From positions 1 to 62,175 of the IMG/VR virus record IMGVR_UViG_3300043595_000031: a stretch of DNA of 62,175 nt. One strand, written 5' to 3'. Of this stretch, positions 38,886-47,801 are shown piece by piece. The DNA is from a virus (Duplodnaviria; Caudoviricetes). The position numbers were made by a program, and so were the translations under genes. The notes under the pieces were generated by a model. It saw only the letters and a list, made by a program, of their open reading frames with translations. It ran no database searches and was not told the DNA's origin. Within the stretch, counting starts at the first letter, position 1. Each line of letters starts with the position of its first letter.

Positions 38886-39203
38886 GTGAAGGAGTCGCCG
38901 GTGAAGCTTCCACCCGCTCGCCGTCGCAAGACCTGCGACTGCCGGTCGCACCCGAGCCTCAACTGCTATAAGAAGCACGGGTGCGGCTGCGTCGTCTGCC
39001 GTGAACTCAACCGCCAGGACGGGAAGGACGAGCGCGCCCGGCAGAAGCGGATTCGCGAAGAGCGCATTCGCACTGAGATTCGCGACCGTGAGGTTGCCGA
39101 CCTCGAGGCCGCACTGCGCGGTGAGGGACCCGAACCCACCGGCAGAGTTCTGGCGCCAGACGAGCTCACGCGACTGAGACGCATAGTCGGGATCGTGGAG
39201 TGA
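38886..39203 (+). CDS. HPS-x2-CY-x2-H-x-C-x-C-x2-C protein, paralog 1
   Basis: HPSLNCYKKHGCGCVVC. Confidence 0.7.
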   Translation: MKESPVKLPPARRRKTCDCRSHPSLNCYKKHGCGCVVCRELNRQDGKDERARQKRIREERIRTEIRDREVADLEAALRGEGPEPTGRVLAPDELTRLRRIVGIVE

Positions 39204-39421
39204 TGCTGACGCGCCACCCACCCGAGGCAACGGGACATCCCAGCTATCACTGCTACCGCTACCACAAGTGTCGCTGCGCCGACTGCGTCGAGTGTCAGCG
39301 CGTGGTCCGGGCACGGTACTACGAGAAGGTTCGCGCGCGGCGACACGCGCGACCGCGGCCCATGCCTACGACGATCGTCCGGCTCTACCGGGAGATCGGT
39401 CTCAAGTGGCCCCTGTCGTGA
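39200..39421 (+). CDS. Cys/His motif protein, paralog 2
   Basis: HPSYHCYRYHKCRCADC. Confidence 0.7.
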   Translation: MMLTRHPPEATGHPSYHCYRYHKCRCADCVECQRVVRARYYEKVRARRHARPRPMPTTIVRLYREIGLKWPLS

Positions 39422-39618
39422 GTACCCGCTGGGCGAAGCCGGGTCGACCGCACGTTCACCCCAGTGAGACGTGTTATAAGATTCACAAGTGTCGCTGCAC
39501 GGAGTGTCGCCGACTCAACACACTCGCCCGGCAGCGTGAGCGCGCCGGCATCATTCTTACGGAGCCGACGAGCGTCCGACCGCGGGGTAGGCCCAAGAGT
39601 GAAGACGAGACGGGATAG
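39418..39618 (+). CDS. Cys/His motif protein, paralog 3
   Basis: HPSETCYKIHKCRCTEC; RPRGRP tail. Confidence 0.7.
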   Translation: MSTRWAKPGRPHVHPSETCYKIHKCRCTECRRLNTLARQRERAGIILTEPTSVRPRGRPKSEDETG

Positions 39619-39627
39619 AATCCAACC

Positions 39628-39957
39628 ATGAGGAAGTTCGTCTGCGAGCTGGGTGGGTACGAGGTTCTCCTGCGAGGCAACGCGAGTGACGCGCGCCGCG
39701 CCGCGGTTGCCCGGCTCGCCGAACACGGTCCGGTTACGATGCACGACGACTCCCTGCAGCGCGCCGTGGATCGTCTCGCAGACTGGTGGCGAACGGGAGT
39801 GCTGTGGTGGGGGCCGGGTGTTGGCCGCGAGGCGATCGTCGACTGGTTCACGCGCAAGCGCTACGAGATCGATGTGGGTGGTGTGCCCACAGTGGTTCCG
39901 CTCTACGCCGCCGAACTCTGGCGCGCACGGGAACGAATGAAGAGGAGTGCAGAGTGA
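39628..39957 (+). CDS. Hypothetical protein, leaderless
   Basis: TAGAAT 6 nt before ATG; coupled to thyX. Confidence 0.6.
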   Translation: MRKFVCELGGYEVLLRGNASDARRAAVARLAEHGPVTMHDDSLQRAVDRLADWWRTGVLWWGPGVGREAIVDWFTRKRYEIDVGGVPTVVPLYAAELWRARERMKRSAE

Positions 39958-40703
39958 AGGTCGTACTGATTGCATCGACAGTGGTGGACTGGGAGAAGAT
40001 CGACGACACTCCCTGGGTGGCGTACGAGAACGACGGCGAGCACTTTCACGACTGGGTCTACGACGCCGACGACCTCGCCGAGTTCGCGGGTCGCGCGTGC
40101 TACGAGTCGTGGAACCGACCCAACCCAGCGACGAACACGAACGCGACGTACCTCGAGCACATCCTCGAGGTCGGGCACGAGTCCGTCCTGGAGCACGCCT
40201 CCGCGTCGTTCTACGTCACCGGGGTCTCACGGAGCCTGCTGGCCGAGCTAACCCGGCACCGGCACCTCTCGTTCTCCGTACGCTCCCAGCGGTTCGTGGA
40301 CGAGTCAAATCCGATCGTCGTTACTCCGCCGGCGATCGTCGAAGATTTCAAGGCGCGTGGCAACACGACGCAACTTCTGCTCGACGCGGCAACGGATCGC
40401 GCCATTGGAACGTACCGTGAGCTCGTAGGGCGTCTCACAGCGGCAGGACTAGCGCGCAAGCAGGCCCGCGAGGCCGCACGCTCCGTTCTCCCGCAGGCGA
40501 CGGAGACGCGATTCGTCGTGACGGGCAACATGCGGGCGTGGCGCGAGGTCATTAAGAAGCGTCTCCACCCGCAGGCCGACGCGGAGATCCGGGAGCTCGC
40601 CGCGGAGATCCTGCGGCAGCTCGCCGGGCTGGCGCCCAGCACCTTCCAGGACTTCGACTGCGAGGAGAGAGTCCCAACGGCACCTGAGCACCACCCCATA
40701 TAA
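39954..40703 (+). CDS. thyX: Flavin-dependent thymidylate synthase
   Basis: [40 protein letters not shown]. Confidence 0.96.
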   Translation: MKVVLIASTVVDWEKIDDTPWVAYENDGEHFHDWVYDADDLAEFAGRACYESWNRPNPATNTNATYLEHILEVGHESVLEHASASFYVTGVSRSLLAELTRHRHLSFSVRSQRFVDESNPIVVTPPAIVEDFKARGNTTQLLLDAATDRAIGTYRELVGRLTAAGLARKQAREAARSVLPQATETRFVVTGNMRAWREVIKKRLHPQADAEIRELAAEILRQLAGLAPSTFQDFDCEERVPTAPEHHPI

Positions 40704-40733
40704 CGCACCACCGTGTTAACGAAGGAGAACGAA

Positions 40734-41165
40734 GTGCTCAAGCGCATCATTCTGATTCTGACCGCCGCGGTGGTCATGGTTGGACTCGCTGCCGTGCCGG
40801 CGCAGGCGGCGCCCTCATGTCCGCTCGAACACATGTGCATCTACGAAGCGAGCAACTACCAGGGTCGCAGCTACGTGTTCAACATGCTGCAGTTCTCGGG
40901 TGGGCAGTGCGTGCTTCTGGGCACCGACCCGACCGGGTTCAACTGGAATGATCACGTCAACTCGGTGTTCTACAGCGACGCCCCGTGGAATGACACGCAG
41001 GCGCAGTTCCGCAAGGACTGGCCGTGCGTGGGCACGTTCGTGACGTTCGTGCAGAACAGTTCGAGTTCGTCGCTGAGTCAGCACTCATGCGTGCAGCCCA
41101 AGGTTCAGTGGGACGGGCCGTGCGGTAGCTCGGGGATCACGGCATTTAAGGTCGTGTGGTTCTGA
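40734..41165 (+). CDS. Secreted peptidase-inhibitor I36 / beta-gamma-crystallin-like protein
   Basis: Signal peptide ending PAQA; CP..MCIYEASNYQG..C..WNDHVNSV. Confidence 0.7.
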   Translation: MLKRIILILTAAVVMVGLAAVPAQAAPSCPLEHMCIYEASNYQGRSYVFNMLQFSGGQCVLLGTDPTGFNWNDHVNSVFYSDAPWNDTQAQFRKDWPCVGTFVTFVQNSSSSSLSQHSCVQPKVQWDGPCGSSGITAFKVVWF

Positions 41166-41177
41166 TCACGTAGGTCG

Positions 41178-41207
41178 GAGGCCGTCTCATGAGAGTGAGG
41201 CGGCCTT
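41178..41207 (+). terminator. Terminator-like hairpin
   Basis: GAGGCCGTCTCA/TGAGGCGGCCTT. Confidence 0.55.
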
Positions 41208-41417
41208 CGCTATGTGATCTTGTTACAGTAGTGATTGTGAACACAGTGCGGTACCTCGTCACAGGGTTTCCCAGCGCACTCGCGGAGTGTACCCGCTGGG
41301 TGGACCGCCACAGCCTCGGCATGATCGACGGACTACTCTCCGCGCTCTGCCTGCCGGGCTCCAGCGTTCACCGCGCCTGCGTTGCACTACGTGACGAAGT
41401 CCTGGTAGAATCACTGT

Positions 41418-41681
41418 ATGATGGAACCCAGCGAAAGCAAGCGCGTGTACGAGGAGCTACTCCGCGACACGCGGCCCGTCGTCGACATGGCCCGCGACCA
41501 GTACGCGGTCTACCTCGCGCAGTTCGGCGGTGACGACGAGAAGGCGTTCCACGCGATGGTGGCGTGGTTCGACAACCTCAAGATCTCAGGTGCGAACGAG
41601 AAGACGTACGTCGCCCTCTGCGCCTTCATGGCGCGGCGCCTCCAGTACCACGTACCGCGACTCGTAGGGAGCATGAACTGA
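41418..41681 (+). CDS. Hypothetical protein, leaderless
   Basis: CCTGG-TAGAAT 6 nt before ATG. Confidence 0.65.
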   Translation: MMEPSESKRVYEELLRDTRPVVDMARDQYAVYLAQFGGDDEKAFHAMVAWFDNLKISGANEKTYVALCAFMARRLQYHVPRLVGSMN

Positions 41682-42088
41682 TGGAAGCGCCCAAGATGAT
41701 TCGCATCGTCCGCACCGTCACCACCGTCACGGACGTCGACCTGACGTCGTACTTCGACGTCGTACTCGGCGAGTTCATCACCAGTGAGGGCAAGACGGTA
41801 CACTCGCACAAGAGGCAGTGGACCGCCGAGGAGGCGATCGCCTTCGAGCGGAGCCGCGGCCAGTCGGACCAGCAGGAGGCATTCGAGCTCGCGATGCAGA
41901 ACGACGAGTACGACGGCTGTCGGCTGTCGTTTGACATCGTCACGCTCACGCCCAGCCGGGACGTTGACCTGGCCGACGCGCAGCGCAGCACGATCGATCG
42001 CATCAAGGCGGGTCAGCGACCCGCTGGGCTTAGCGACGCCGAGTGGGAGTGGGTACGCGAACATCCCGTTGAGGCCGTTACCCGGTAG
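41681..42088 (+). CDS. Hypothetical protein
   Basis: TGATG coupling; GGGAG RBS. Confidence 0.6.
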   Translation: MEAPKMIRIVRTVTTVTDVDLTSYFDVVLGEFITSEGKTVHSHKRQWTAEEAIAFERSRGQSDQQEAFELAMQNDEYDGCRLSFDIVTLTPSRDVDLADAQRSTIDRIKAGQRPAGLSDAEWEWVREHPVEAVTR

Positions 42089-42103
42089 ATCTCGTTCGAA
42101 GGC

Positions 42104-42133
42104 AGGCCCCAGCACCCAGCTGGGGCCTCTTTT
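42104..42133 (+). terminator. Intrinsic terminator
   Basis: AGGCCCCAGC/GCTGGGGCCT plus CTTTT. Confidence 0.75.
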
Positions 42134-42189
42134 GGCTTCCACTTGGTACGGTTGTAACGGCCGGTTCTACCCGCCGAAAGAGGACACCC

Positions 42190-42483
42190 GTGACGGCCGC
42201 AATCATCACCGCAATCGCATCACTCTTCACCGCGCTCGGCCTGCTGATCACGGCGTTCACGGTGCTACTCCCACTGCTTCGCCGCACGAAGGTCATCGAG
42301 GAGAAGGCGCACGCCATCGAGACCAAGACGGAGCACATGACGAAGCTCGTCAACTCCAACCACGAGGCGATGCTCCGCCGTGAGGAAGAGTTGATCGCCA
42401 CGCTCCAGTCGGCGGGTGTAAAGATCCCACCGAACGAGGACATCAAGAAGAAGCCTTCCGAGCCTGCTACGATCGAGGCATGA
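42190..42483 (+). CDS. Membrane protein (lysis-associated candidate)
   Basis: N-terminal TM helix then charged coil with LVNS. Confidence 0.55.
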   Translation: MTAAIITAIASLFTALGLLITAFTVLLPLLRRTKVIEEKAHAIETKTEHMTKLVNSNHEAMLRREEELIATLQSAGVKIPPNEDIKKKPSEPATIEA

Positions 42484-42716
42484 GCATACTTCATCCGGAA
42501 GACCTCACGCCCGATCCCGGCTGGACGTCGGCGCCGACCCTCGTCGAGGAGAAGCCGACCGTCGCGAAGGCCGTCGCCGCCGGCGTCACTGTGCTTGCCG
42601 CGCTACTGATCACCGCACTCGCGGACAACGGCATCACCGCCACGGAGTGGGTGACCGTCGCAGCCGGCACGATCCTCGCGGTGGCCGGCGTCTGGGCCAC
42701 CTCCAACAAGCCGTAG
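42480..42716 (+). CDS. Holin-like protein
   Basis: KAVAA..two TM helices separated by DNGITATEW; ends GVWATSN. Confidence 0.65.
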   Translation: MSILHPEDLTPDPGWTSAPTLVEEKPTVAKAVAAGVTVLAALLITALADNGITATEWVTVAAGTILAVAGVWATSNKP

Positions 42717-42727
42717 GGAGAGTCACC

Positions 42728-42865
42728 GTGGACATCGTTCTCATCGTCATCGCCATCATCCTCTTCGTCGTCGCCGCGGTGGGCACGTACATCGCGAAGC
42801 CGGCGCTGGCGGCCATGGGCTGGGTGGGTCTCGCGGCGCTCGCGCTGACCTTCGTCGTCCCGTAA
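42728..42865 (+). CDS. Small two-TM membrane protein
   Basis: GTG after GGGAG; almost wholly hydrophobic. Confidence 0.6.
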   Translation: MDIVLIVIAIILFVVAAVGTYIAKPALAAMGWVGLAALALTFVVP

Positions 42866-42866
42866 A

Positions 42867-44360
42867 GTGCAGCAGACGACCTCGAGGTTCGCCGTCGCGG
42901 CGGACCTCATCGACCCGCCCGAGGCGCGGTGGCGGAAGAATCCCATCGCATGGCTCGAGGAGCGTGCGAAGGCCGAGGTCTGGAGCAAGCAGCGTGAGAT
43001 CATTCAGAGTGTCCGGGATCATCACAACACGGCTGTGCATTCGTGTCACGAGGTCGGGAAGAGCTGGATCGCGGCTGCCACCGCGGCGTGGTGGCTGGAC
43101 ACTCATCCCATTGGCGAGGCGAGGGTCGTCACCACAGCGCCCACGCAGGCCCAGGTCGAGGCCATCCTCTGGAATGAGATCAACGGTTTTCACGATCGCG
43201 CGGGACTCGCAGGTCGACTGAACCTCACGGAGTGGTACTTCGGTAAGTACCTCGCCGGCCTGGGTCGCAAGCCATCTGAGCACAGTCCCGCGGCGTTTCA
43301 GGGACTCCATGCCCGGTACCTCCTGCTGATCCTCGACGAGGCGTACGGCATCCCCAAGAACATCTGGGACGGCGGCTCGACGCTCGCCGCGAACGAGCAC
43401 TCCCGGGTCCTGGTGATCGGGAACCCGGACGGACCCGGTGAGTTCGAGGAGGTGTGCCGCCCGGACAGCGGGTGGAACGTCATTCACATCGGTGCGAACC
43501 ACTCACCCAACTTCACGGGTGAGCCCGTGTCCCAGTTCCTGCGCGACATGCTGATCCACCCCCGCTGGGCGACGGAGCGTGCCAAGAAGTGGGGTAAGGA
43601 CTCAGCGCTCTATCAGTCGAAGGTCGACGGGAAGTTCCCGACGGGTGGTGACCCGTTCGCGGTGATCCGCTACGACTGGGCGCGAACCTGCCAGCTCACA
43701 GACTTCCCAGCGGGTGAGCCCGCTGAGGGTGGCATTGACGTCGGCGCCGGCGGCGACCGGACGGTACTCCGGGAACGGCGTGGTATGCGCGCCGGGCGCG
43801 AGCTGGAGTTCATCGACGCGGACCCGATGCGGAGCGTCGGCGAGCTGGCAATGGCGATCTCCGAGTGGGGCCTGACGAAGATTAAGATCGACTCCACGGG
43901 CATCGGCTGGGGCGTCGCGGGGCGACTCCGCGAGCTCTCGAGTAAGCACAATCCCACGGGTGAGCGAACGCACGACGCCGAGGTCGTCGCGGTGAACTTT
44001 GGTGCGGGACCCACGGAGGGTAAGGAGGATAAGTTCCTCAACAAGCGCGCCGAGATCTGGTGGGGAGGCCGCGAGCGCAGTCGACCGGGCGTGGAGGCGT
44101 GGGACCTGAGCGCGGTGGAGGATGACGTTATACACGAGCTGTGTTCGTCGAAGTACGAGGTTCTGGACTCGAAGGGCAAGATCAAGATCGAGCCGAAGGC
44201 GAAGCAGATCAAGCGACTCGGCTTCTCACCCGACCGTGCGGAGGCGCTTCTCCTTGCGTACCTCGAGACCGTCTCGTTCGCCGAGATTGTCACACCTAGT
44301 GGGTTGTCGTCCGTTCGCTTGAGCGGCGGCTTCAGTCGTGCGGGCATACCCACCTTGTAG
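42867..44360 (+). CDS. terL: Terminase large subunit
   Basis: WSKQ, HEVGKS Walker A, LILDEA, IGNP, GIDVG, SPDRAEA. Confidence 0.92.
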   Translation: MQQTTSRFAVAADLIDPPEARWRKNPIAWLEERAKAEVWSKQREIIQSVRDHHNTAVHSCHEVGKSWIAAATAAWWLDTHPIGEARVVTTAPTQAQVEAILWNEINGFHDRAGLAGRLNLTEWYFGKYLAGLGRKPSEHSPAAFQGLHARYLLLILDEAYGIPKNIWDGGSTLAANEHSRVLVIGNPDGPGEFEEVCRPDSGWNVIHIGANHSPNFTGEPVSQFLRDMLIHPRWATERAKKWGKDSALYQSKVDGKFPTGGDPFAVIRYDWARTCQLTDFPAGEPAEGGIDVGAGGDRTVLRERRGMRAGRELEFIDADPMRSVGELAMAISEWGLTKIKIDSTGIGWGVAGRLRELSSKHNPTGERTHDAEVVAVNFGAGPTEGKEDKFLNKRAEIWWGGRERSRPGVEAWDLSAVEDDVIHELCSSKYEVLDSKGKIKIEPKAKQIKRLGFSPDRAEALLLAYLETVSFAEIVTPSGLSSVRLSGGFSRAGIPTL

Positions 44361-44370
44361 ACTAGATCAT

Positions 44371-44661
44371 ATGACCAGCACCGATCTGCACATCCACATT
44401 CACGTTGGCGATGAGGCCCGCGTGATCGCACTGGAGGAGAGAACCTTGTCCGTCGAAACCGATCTCACCGCTCTGCAGACCACCGTGACCGAGTTCAACG
44501 AGGACATCGCCGCGAAGGTAGCGGCGCTGGAGGCGGCCCAGGGCGAGTTCACTCCCGCGGGTCAGGCCGCGTTCGACGCGCTGAAGGCAACCGTCGACGC
44601 CGGCGTCACCGCCGTGGGCGACGCTGATGCGGACGGGAACCCGGTTACGCCGACCCCGTAA
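44371..44661 (+). CDS. Hypothetical coiled-coil protein
   Basis: TAGACT 7 nt before ATG; acidic Ala-rich. Confidence 0.55.
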   Translation: MTSTDLHIHIHVGDEARVIALEERTLSVETDLTALQTTVTEFNEDIAAKVAALEAAQGEFTPAGQAAFDALKATVDAGVTAVGDADADGNPVTPTP

Positions 44662-44713
44662 GTTCTGGAACGCGTACGACACCGTCCGCAGGACGTAAGG
44701 CACCAGACACAGA

Positions 44714-44743
44714 GAAGCCCGGCCAAAGATCTGGCCGGGCTTC
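44714..44743. terminator. Hairpin between convergent genes
   Basis: GAAGCCCGGCCA/TGGCCGGGCTTC. Confidence 0.75.
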
Positions 44744-44751
44744 CTTGTGTC

Positions 44752-44955
44752 CTACTGGACGTCGACGGTCTCCATGCACATCCGGAGCACCTCGTCGTAG
44801 CTTTTGAGTTCCATCGCGTCGTGCGCGAACTGCTTGGCCTCGTTCTTCAGCCCAGCGCCCTTAAGTGCGAGTTGCACTTTGCCGATGATGCCGAACACGT
44901 TGCCGTCCGTGCTCGTCAGCTTCACATGGATCTTGGGGTACTTGACGTCGCTCAC
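44752..44955 (-). CDS. Small conserved-looking phage protein
   Basis: DGNVFGIIG..AL..SYDEVL; coupled to the upstream gene. Confidence 0.7.
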   Translation of the reverse strand: MSDVKYPKIHVKLTSTDGNVFGIIGKVQLALKGAGLKNEAKQFAHDAMELKSYDEVLRMCMETVDVQ

Positions 44956-45134
44956 TTCGTCTCCTCCAGGTTCTTAAGTTGTGCGGTCCAGTTGCGGCCG
45001 TTGCCGATCACGTTGTACGCCGTTCCCCGCCGCTGGGTGCCGAACCACGAGGTCACGAGTTCCGTGACGACGCAGTCCGTGCTCCGACCCGATAGGGGAT
45101 CGGTGTAAGTTACCACCGATCCCTTGCCGATCAT
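44952..45134 (-). CDS. Small beta-rich protein
   Basis: 60 aa with 4-bp overlaps on both sides. Confidence 0.6.
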   Translation of the reverse strand: MIGKGSVVTYTDPLSGRSTDCVVTELVTSWFGTQRRGTAYNVIGNGRNWTAQLKNLEETK

Positions 45135-45544
45135 CGCTGGCCTCGCCGCGGGTTGTAGCGGTAGAGGATGGGCGAGTCGTACGCGTCCGCGACGATCCCC
45201 CAGATGCGGTTGTAGACGTCGTGGAGCTTCTTACCACCGCGGCCCTTGAGGAGCGACACGGGCTTAAACTTCTCGTAGTCGATCTCGGTGATCATCAGGT
45301 TGACGATGTACCCGAAGTCGACGGCGAGAACGTACATGCGGTAGTCGTAGTCGAGCTGCGGGGTGGCGACGATGTCGCTGACGACCATGTGCTCGGCGAG
45401 CATCCGCTTACGGAGCTTCGTGAGAACTCGCTTATCGCGAGCGCGAACCTGCTGGTCCCAGTCGTAACCGTTCGCGTTCCACGGACCGTTCGCGGCCGGA
45501 ACGGCCGCCGGCATCAGGATGCCGTCGGGTGTCATGATCCACAT
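45131..45544 (-). CDS. Hypothetical protein
   Basis: MWIMTPDG..QVRAR..DYDYR..IDYEKFK; AAGGG RBS. Confidence 0.7.
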   Translation of the reverse strand: MWIMTPDGILMPAAVPAANGPWNANGYDWDQQVRARDKRVLTKLRKRMLAEHMVVSDIVATPQLDYDYRMYVLAVDFGYIVNLMITEIDYEKFKPVSLLKGRGGKKLHDVYNRIWGIVADAYDSPILYRYNPRRGQR

Positions 45545-45576
45545 GTGTGCTTTCCCTTCGTTCATTGGGTGGTGCG

Positions 45577-45707
45577 TGGACCCCGGGTGGAATCGAACCA
45601 CCTTCTCTCGCAGGCAGTCGAAGGTACCGGCTTAAACGGGCGTCCCCGGTTACCGATCGGATCGACGGTGCACAACTGCGAGTGCACTACCTTAGTGCTA
45701 CGGGCCC
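45577..45707 (-). ncRNA. tRNA-like RNA with a 62-nt structured insert replacing the anticodon loop
   Basis: GGGCCCG..CGGGGTCC-A acceptor (one bulge), GCAC-TAAGGTA-GTGC D arm, CTCGCAG/CTGCGAG stem, GGTGG-TTCGATT-CCACC T arm. Confidence 0.75.
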
Positions 45708-45822
45708 TTCCTCAGCGGACTGGCGCCCGTTGCAGGGCGCCCGCCCTCTGTACTCCCACTTGCGAACCGGGTTCGTAACACAAGATCTGCCATAGGAGGT
45801 CCCGGTTCTTCCTGCTACGTCA

Positions 45823-45852
45823 ACTATACCAATTAGTCTCATCGTTGTGCAA
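45823..45852 (-). promoter_or_regulatory. SigA-type promoter for the inverted cassette
   Basis: TTGCAC-18 bp-TATAGT. Confidence 0.55.
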
Positions 45853-45900
45853 TAGGTTCGCTCAAGATCTTTCGCCACTCCGCCTTGATACACTAGAGCC

Positions 45901-46254
45901 GTGCCGGTTGCCCTGACGTACCTCCTCATCTGCCTCACCACGTTCAGCCTCACCCGGCTGATCATCAAGGACTCGTTTCCGCCCATCGCCACACCGCGGG
46001 ACTGGATCTTGAACTGGTTCGAGCCGGACGGTGAGTGGCAGCTAGAGCACCCAGACACTCGTCCCCACCTCGGCCCGCTGGGTCGATCGCTCGCATACCT
46101 CCTGACGTGTCCGTGGTGCATGAGCATCTGGATCGGCGCACTCGTCGTGTACGGGTTCACGTGGTTCGTCAGCGTTCCACTTCCCGTCGTCGCCGTCATC
46201 GTTGCGCGAGCCGTCACCGGTCTCATCGCCGTCAACCTCGACCCGGACGACTAA
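45901..46254 (+). CDS. DUF1360-like membrane protein
   Basis: LTRLIIKD..LLTCPWCMSIW. Confidence 0.8.
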   Translation: MPVALTYLLICLTTFSLTRLIIKDSFPPIATPRDWILNWFEPDGEWQLEHPDTRPHLGPLGRSLAYLLTCPWCMSIWIGALVVYGFTWFVSVPLPVVAVIVARAVTGLIAVNLDPDD

Positions 46255-46272
46255 GCCTCAGAGGAGGTCGAC

Positions 46273-47784
46273 ATGGCCGACGTGCTCGCTCGGCGACGTC
46301 GCGGCGATACACTTCGTCGCGGTTCCACAGTGCGCAGGGCTCTCACGTCCTCCGCGACCATCCTGCGTCCCAACCGGATCCTGCGACTTTCCGACTTCCA
46401 GTGGCAGCGAGAGCTGTGGGACTTCTACGAGTCGCTCGAGGAACTGCGCTTCGCCATGCTGTGGCACTCGCAGACGATGTCGCGGGTTCGCCTCACCGCC
46501 GCACGCATCACACCCGACGGCGAGGAACCGGAGCTCCTCGAGTCGGGCATCGCCGTCGACCTCATGCGCGACTTCTTCGGAGGCACTTCCGGGCAGTCGG
46601 ACTACCTCAAGGAGATGGACGTCCAGCTGGGAGTTCCCGGTGAGGGCTACGTCGTCGCGTACGATGACGAGGACGGTGAGCGTCACTGGTCCGTGAAGGC
46701 GAAGGACGAAATCCGCGTGGGCAGTGGCCGCGTCAACGTCGACGGCCGCGCCAAGACGATGGACATCTGGGAAGTCGAGGTCGACGAGGGCGCGTGGCTT
46801 CCGCTACCGCACGAGACGCTCGTCTTCCGGCAGTGGCGACCCAGCGCGCGGAAGCACTACCTTCCGGACTCGCCCGCGAAGGCCGCGCTGAACACGATGC
46901 GCGTTCTGCGCATGCTCGACCGGCGCGTCATCGCGCAGGCCGTGTCGCGGCTGGCGTCGAACGGGCTCCTCCTCTACCCGCAGGAGGTAACGTTCCCGCC
47001 GAAGCCTGGGTTCGAGAAGGAGGCCGACCCGTTCACTGCAGAGTGGATCGACATCGCGGGTAAGGTCATCGCCGATCCGGGTTCCGCACTCGCTGCGATC
47101 CCGCTTCCCATCAAGGTGCCGAAGGAATACATTGAGTCCTTCCGGCACATGGACTTCGCGAACTCGTACGACGAGCGGCTGATGGAGCTCATCAACCTCT
47201 ACCGCGACCGCCTCGCCACTGGGATGAACGTGCCCAAGGAAGTCATCACGGGCATGGGCGATACGAGCCACTGGAACGCGTGGACGCTCGACGAGCAGGG
47301 CATCAAGGTCCACGTCGCTCCCGAGGCGGAGTTGATCTGCGGTGGTGTCACCGCCGGATGGCTCCATCCGGCGATGAAGCTGCAGGGAGAGTCCGTCATC
47401 GACAGCGACGGTGCGCGGATCATCTGCTGGTACGACACGTCCGAGCTCAACACGCCGCCCAACCGCTCCGAGTCCGCGGAGCAGGCGCACGACCGATTCG
47501 CCATCACGACCGAGGCATACCTCCGCGAGAAGGGACTCGACTCCGCGGACATGCCCGACGACACGGAGCTTCGCCGCCAGATCCTCATCTCCATGGCGAA
47601 GGACCCGGCGCAGGCGGGAGCCGCAATCGATGCGCTGGAGCTCCCGGGACCCCCAGTGGCCGGTGCGACAACCGGCCCAGGTGGTGTGGACGCGGAAAAC
47701 CCGTCTGCTCCCACACCGGCCGCTGGGCCCCCGGACCAGCCGGAGCCCGAGGACAACCAGCCATCCGGTACACGCTCTCCGTAG
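46273..47784 (+). CDS. Portal protein
   Basis: 503 aa between terminase and MuF; RLATGMNVPKE, HWNAW; Pro-rich tail. Confidence 0.8.
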   Translation: MADVLARRRRGDTLRRGSTVRRALTSSATILRPNRILRLSDFQWQRELWDFYESLEELRFAMLWHSQTMSRVRLTAARITPDGEEPELLESGIAVDLMRDFFGGTSGQSDYLKEMDVQLGVPGEGYVVAYDDEDGERHWSVKAKDEIRVGSGRVNVDGRAKTMDIWEVEVDEGAWLPLPHETLVFRQWRPSARKHYLPDSPAKAALNTMRVLRMLDRRVIAQAVSRLASNGLLLYPQEVTFPPKPGFEKEADPFTAEWIDIAGKVIADPGSALAAIPLPIKVPKEYIESFRHMDFANSYDERLMELINLYRDRLATGMNVPKEVITGMGDTSHWNAWTLDEQGIKVHVAPEAELICGGVTAGWLHPAMKLQGESVIDSDGARIICWYDTSELNTPPNRSESAEQAHDRFAITTEAYLREKGLDSADMPDDTELRRQILISMAKDPAQAGAAIDALELPGPPVAGATTGPGGVDAENPSAPTPAAGPPDQPEPEDNQPSGTRSP

Positions 47785-47801
47785 CAGACGGGTAGGTTGG
47801 T

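Noticed and set aside
41189-41533. Plus-strand ORF
   Set aside because: Overlaps the better-supported 41418 gene by over 100 bp; no motif; uncertain
45614-45675. Twister or pistol ribozyme inside the tRNA-like insert (GTTTAAGC)
   Set aside because: Only a partial resemblance; the required pseudoknots could not be assigned
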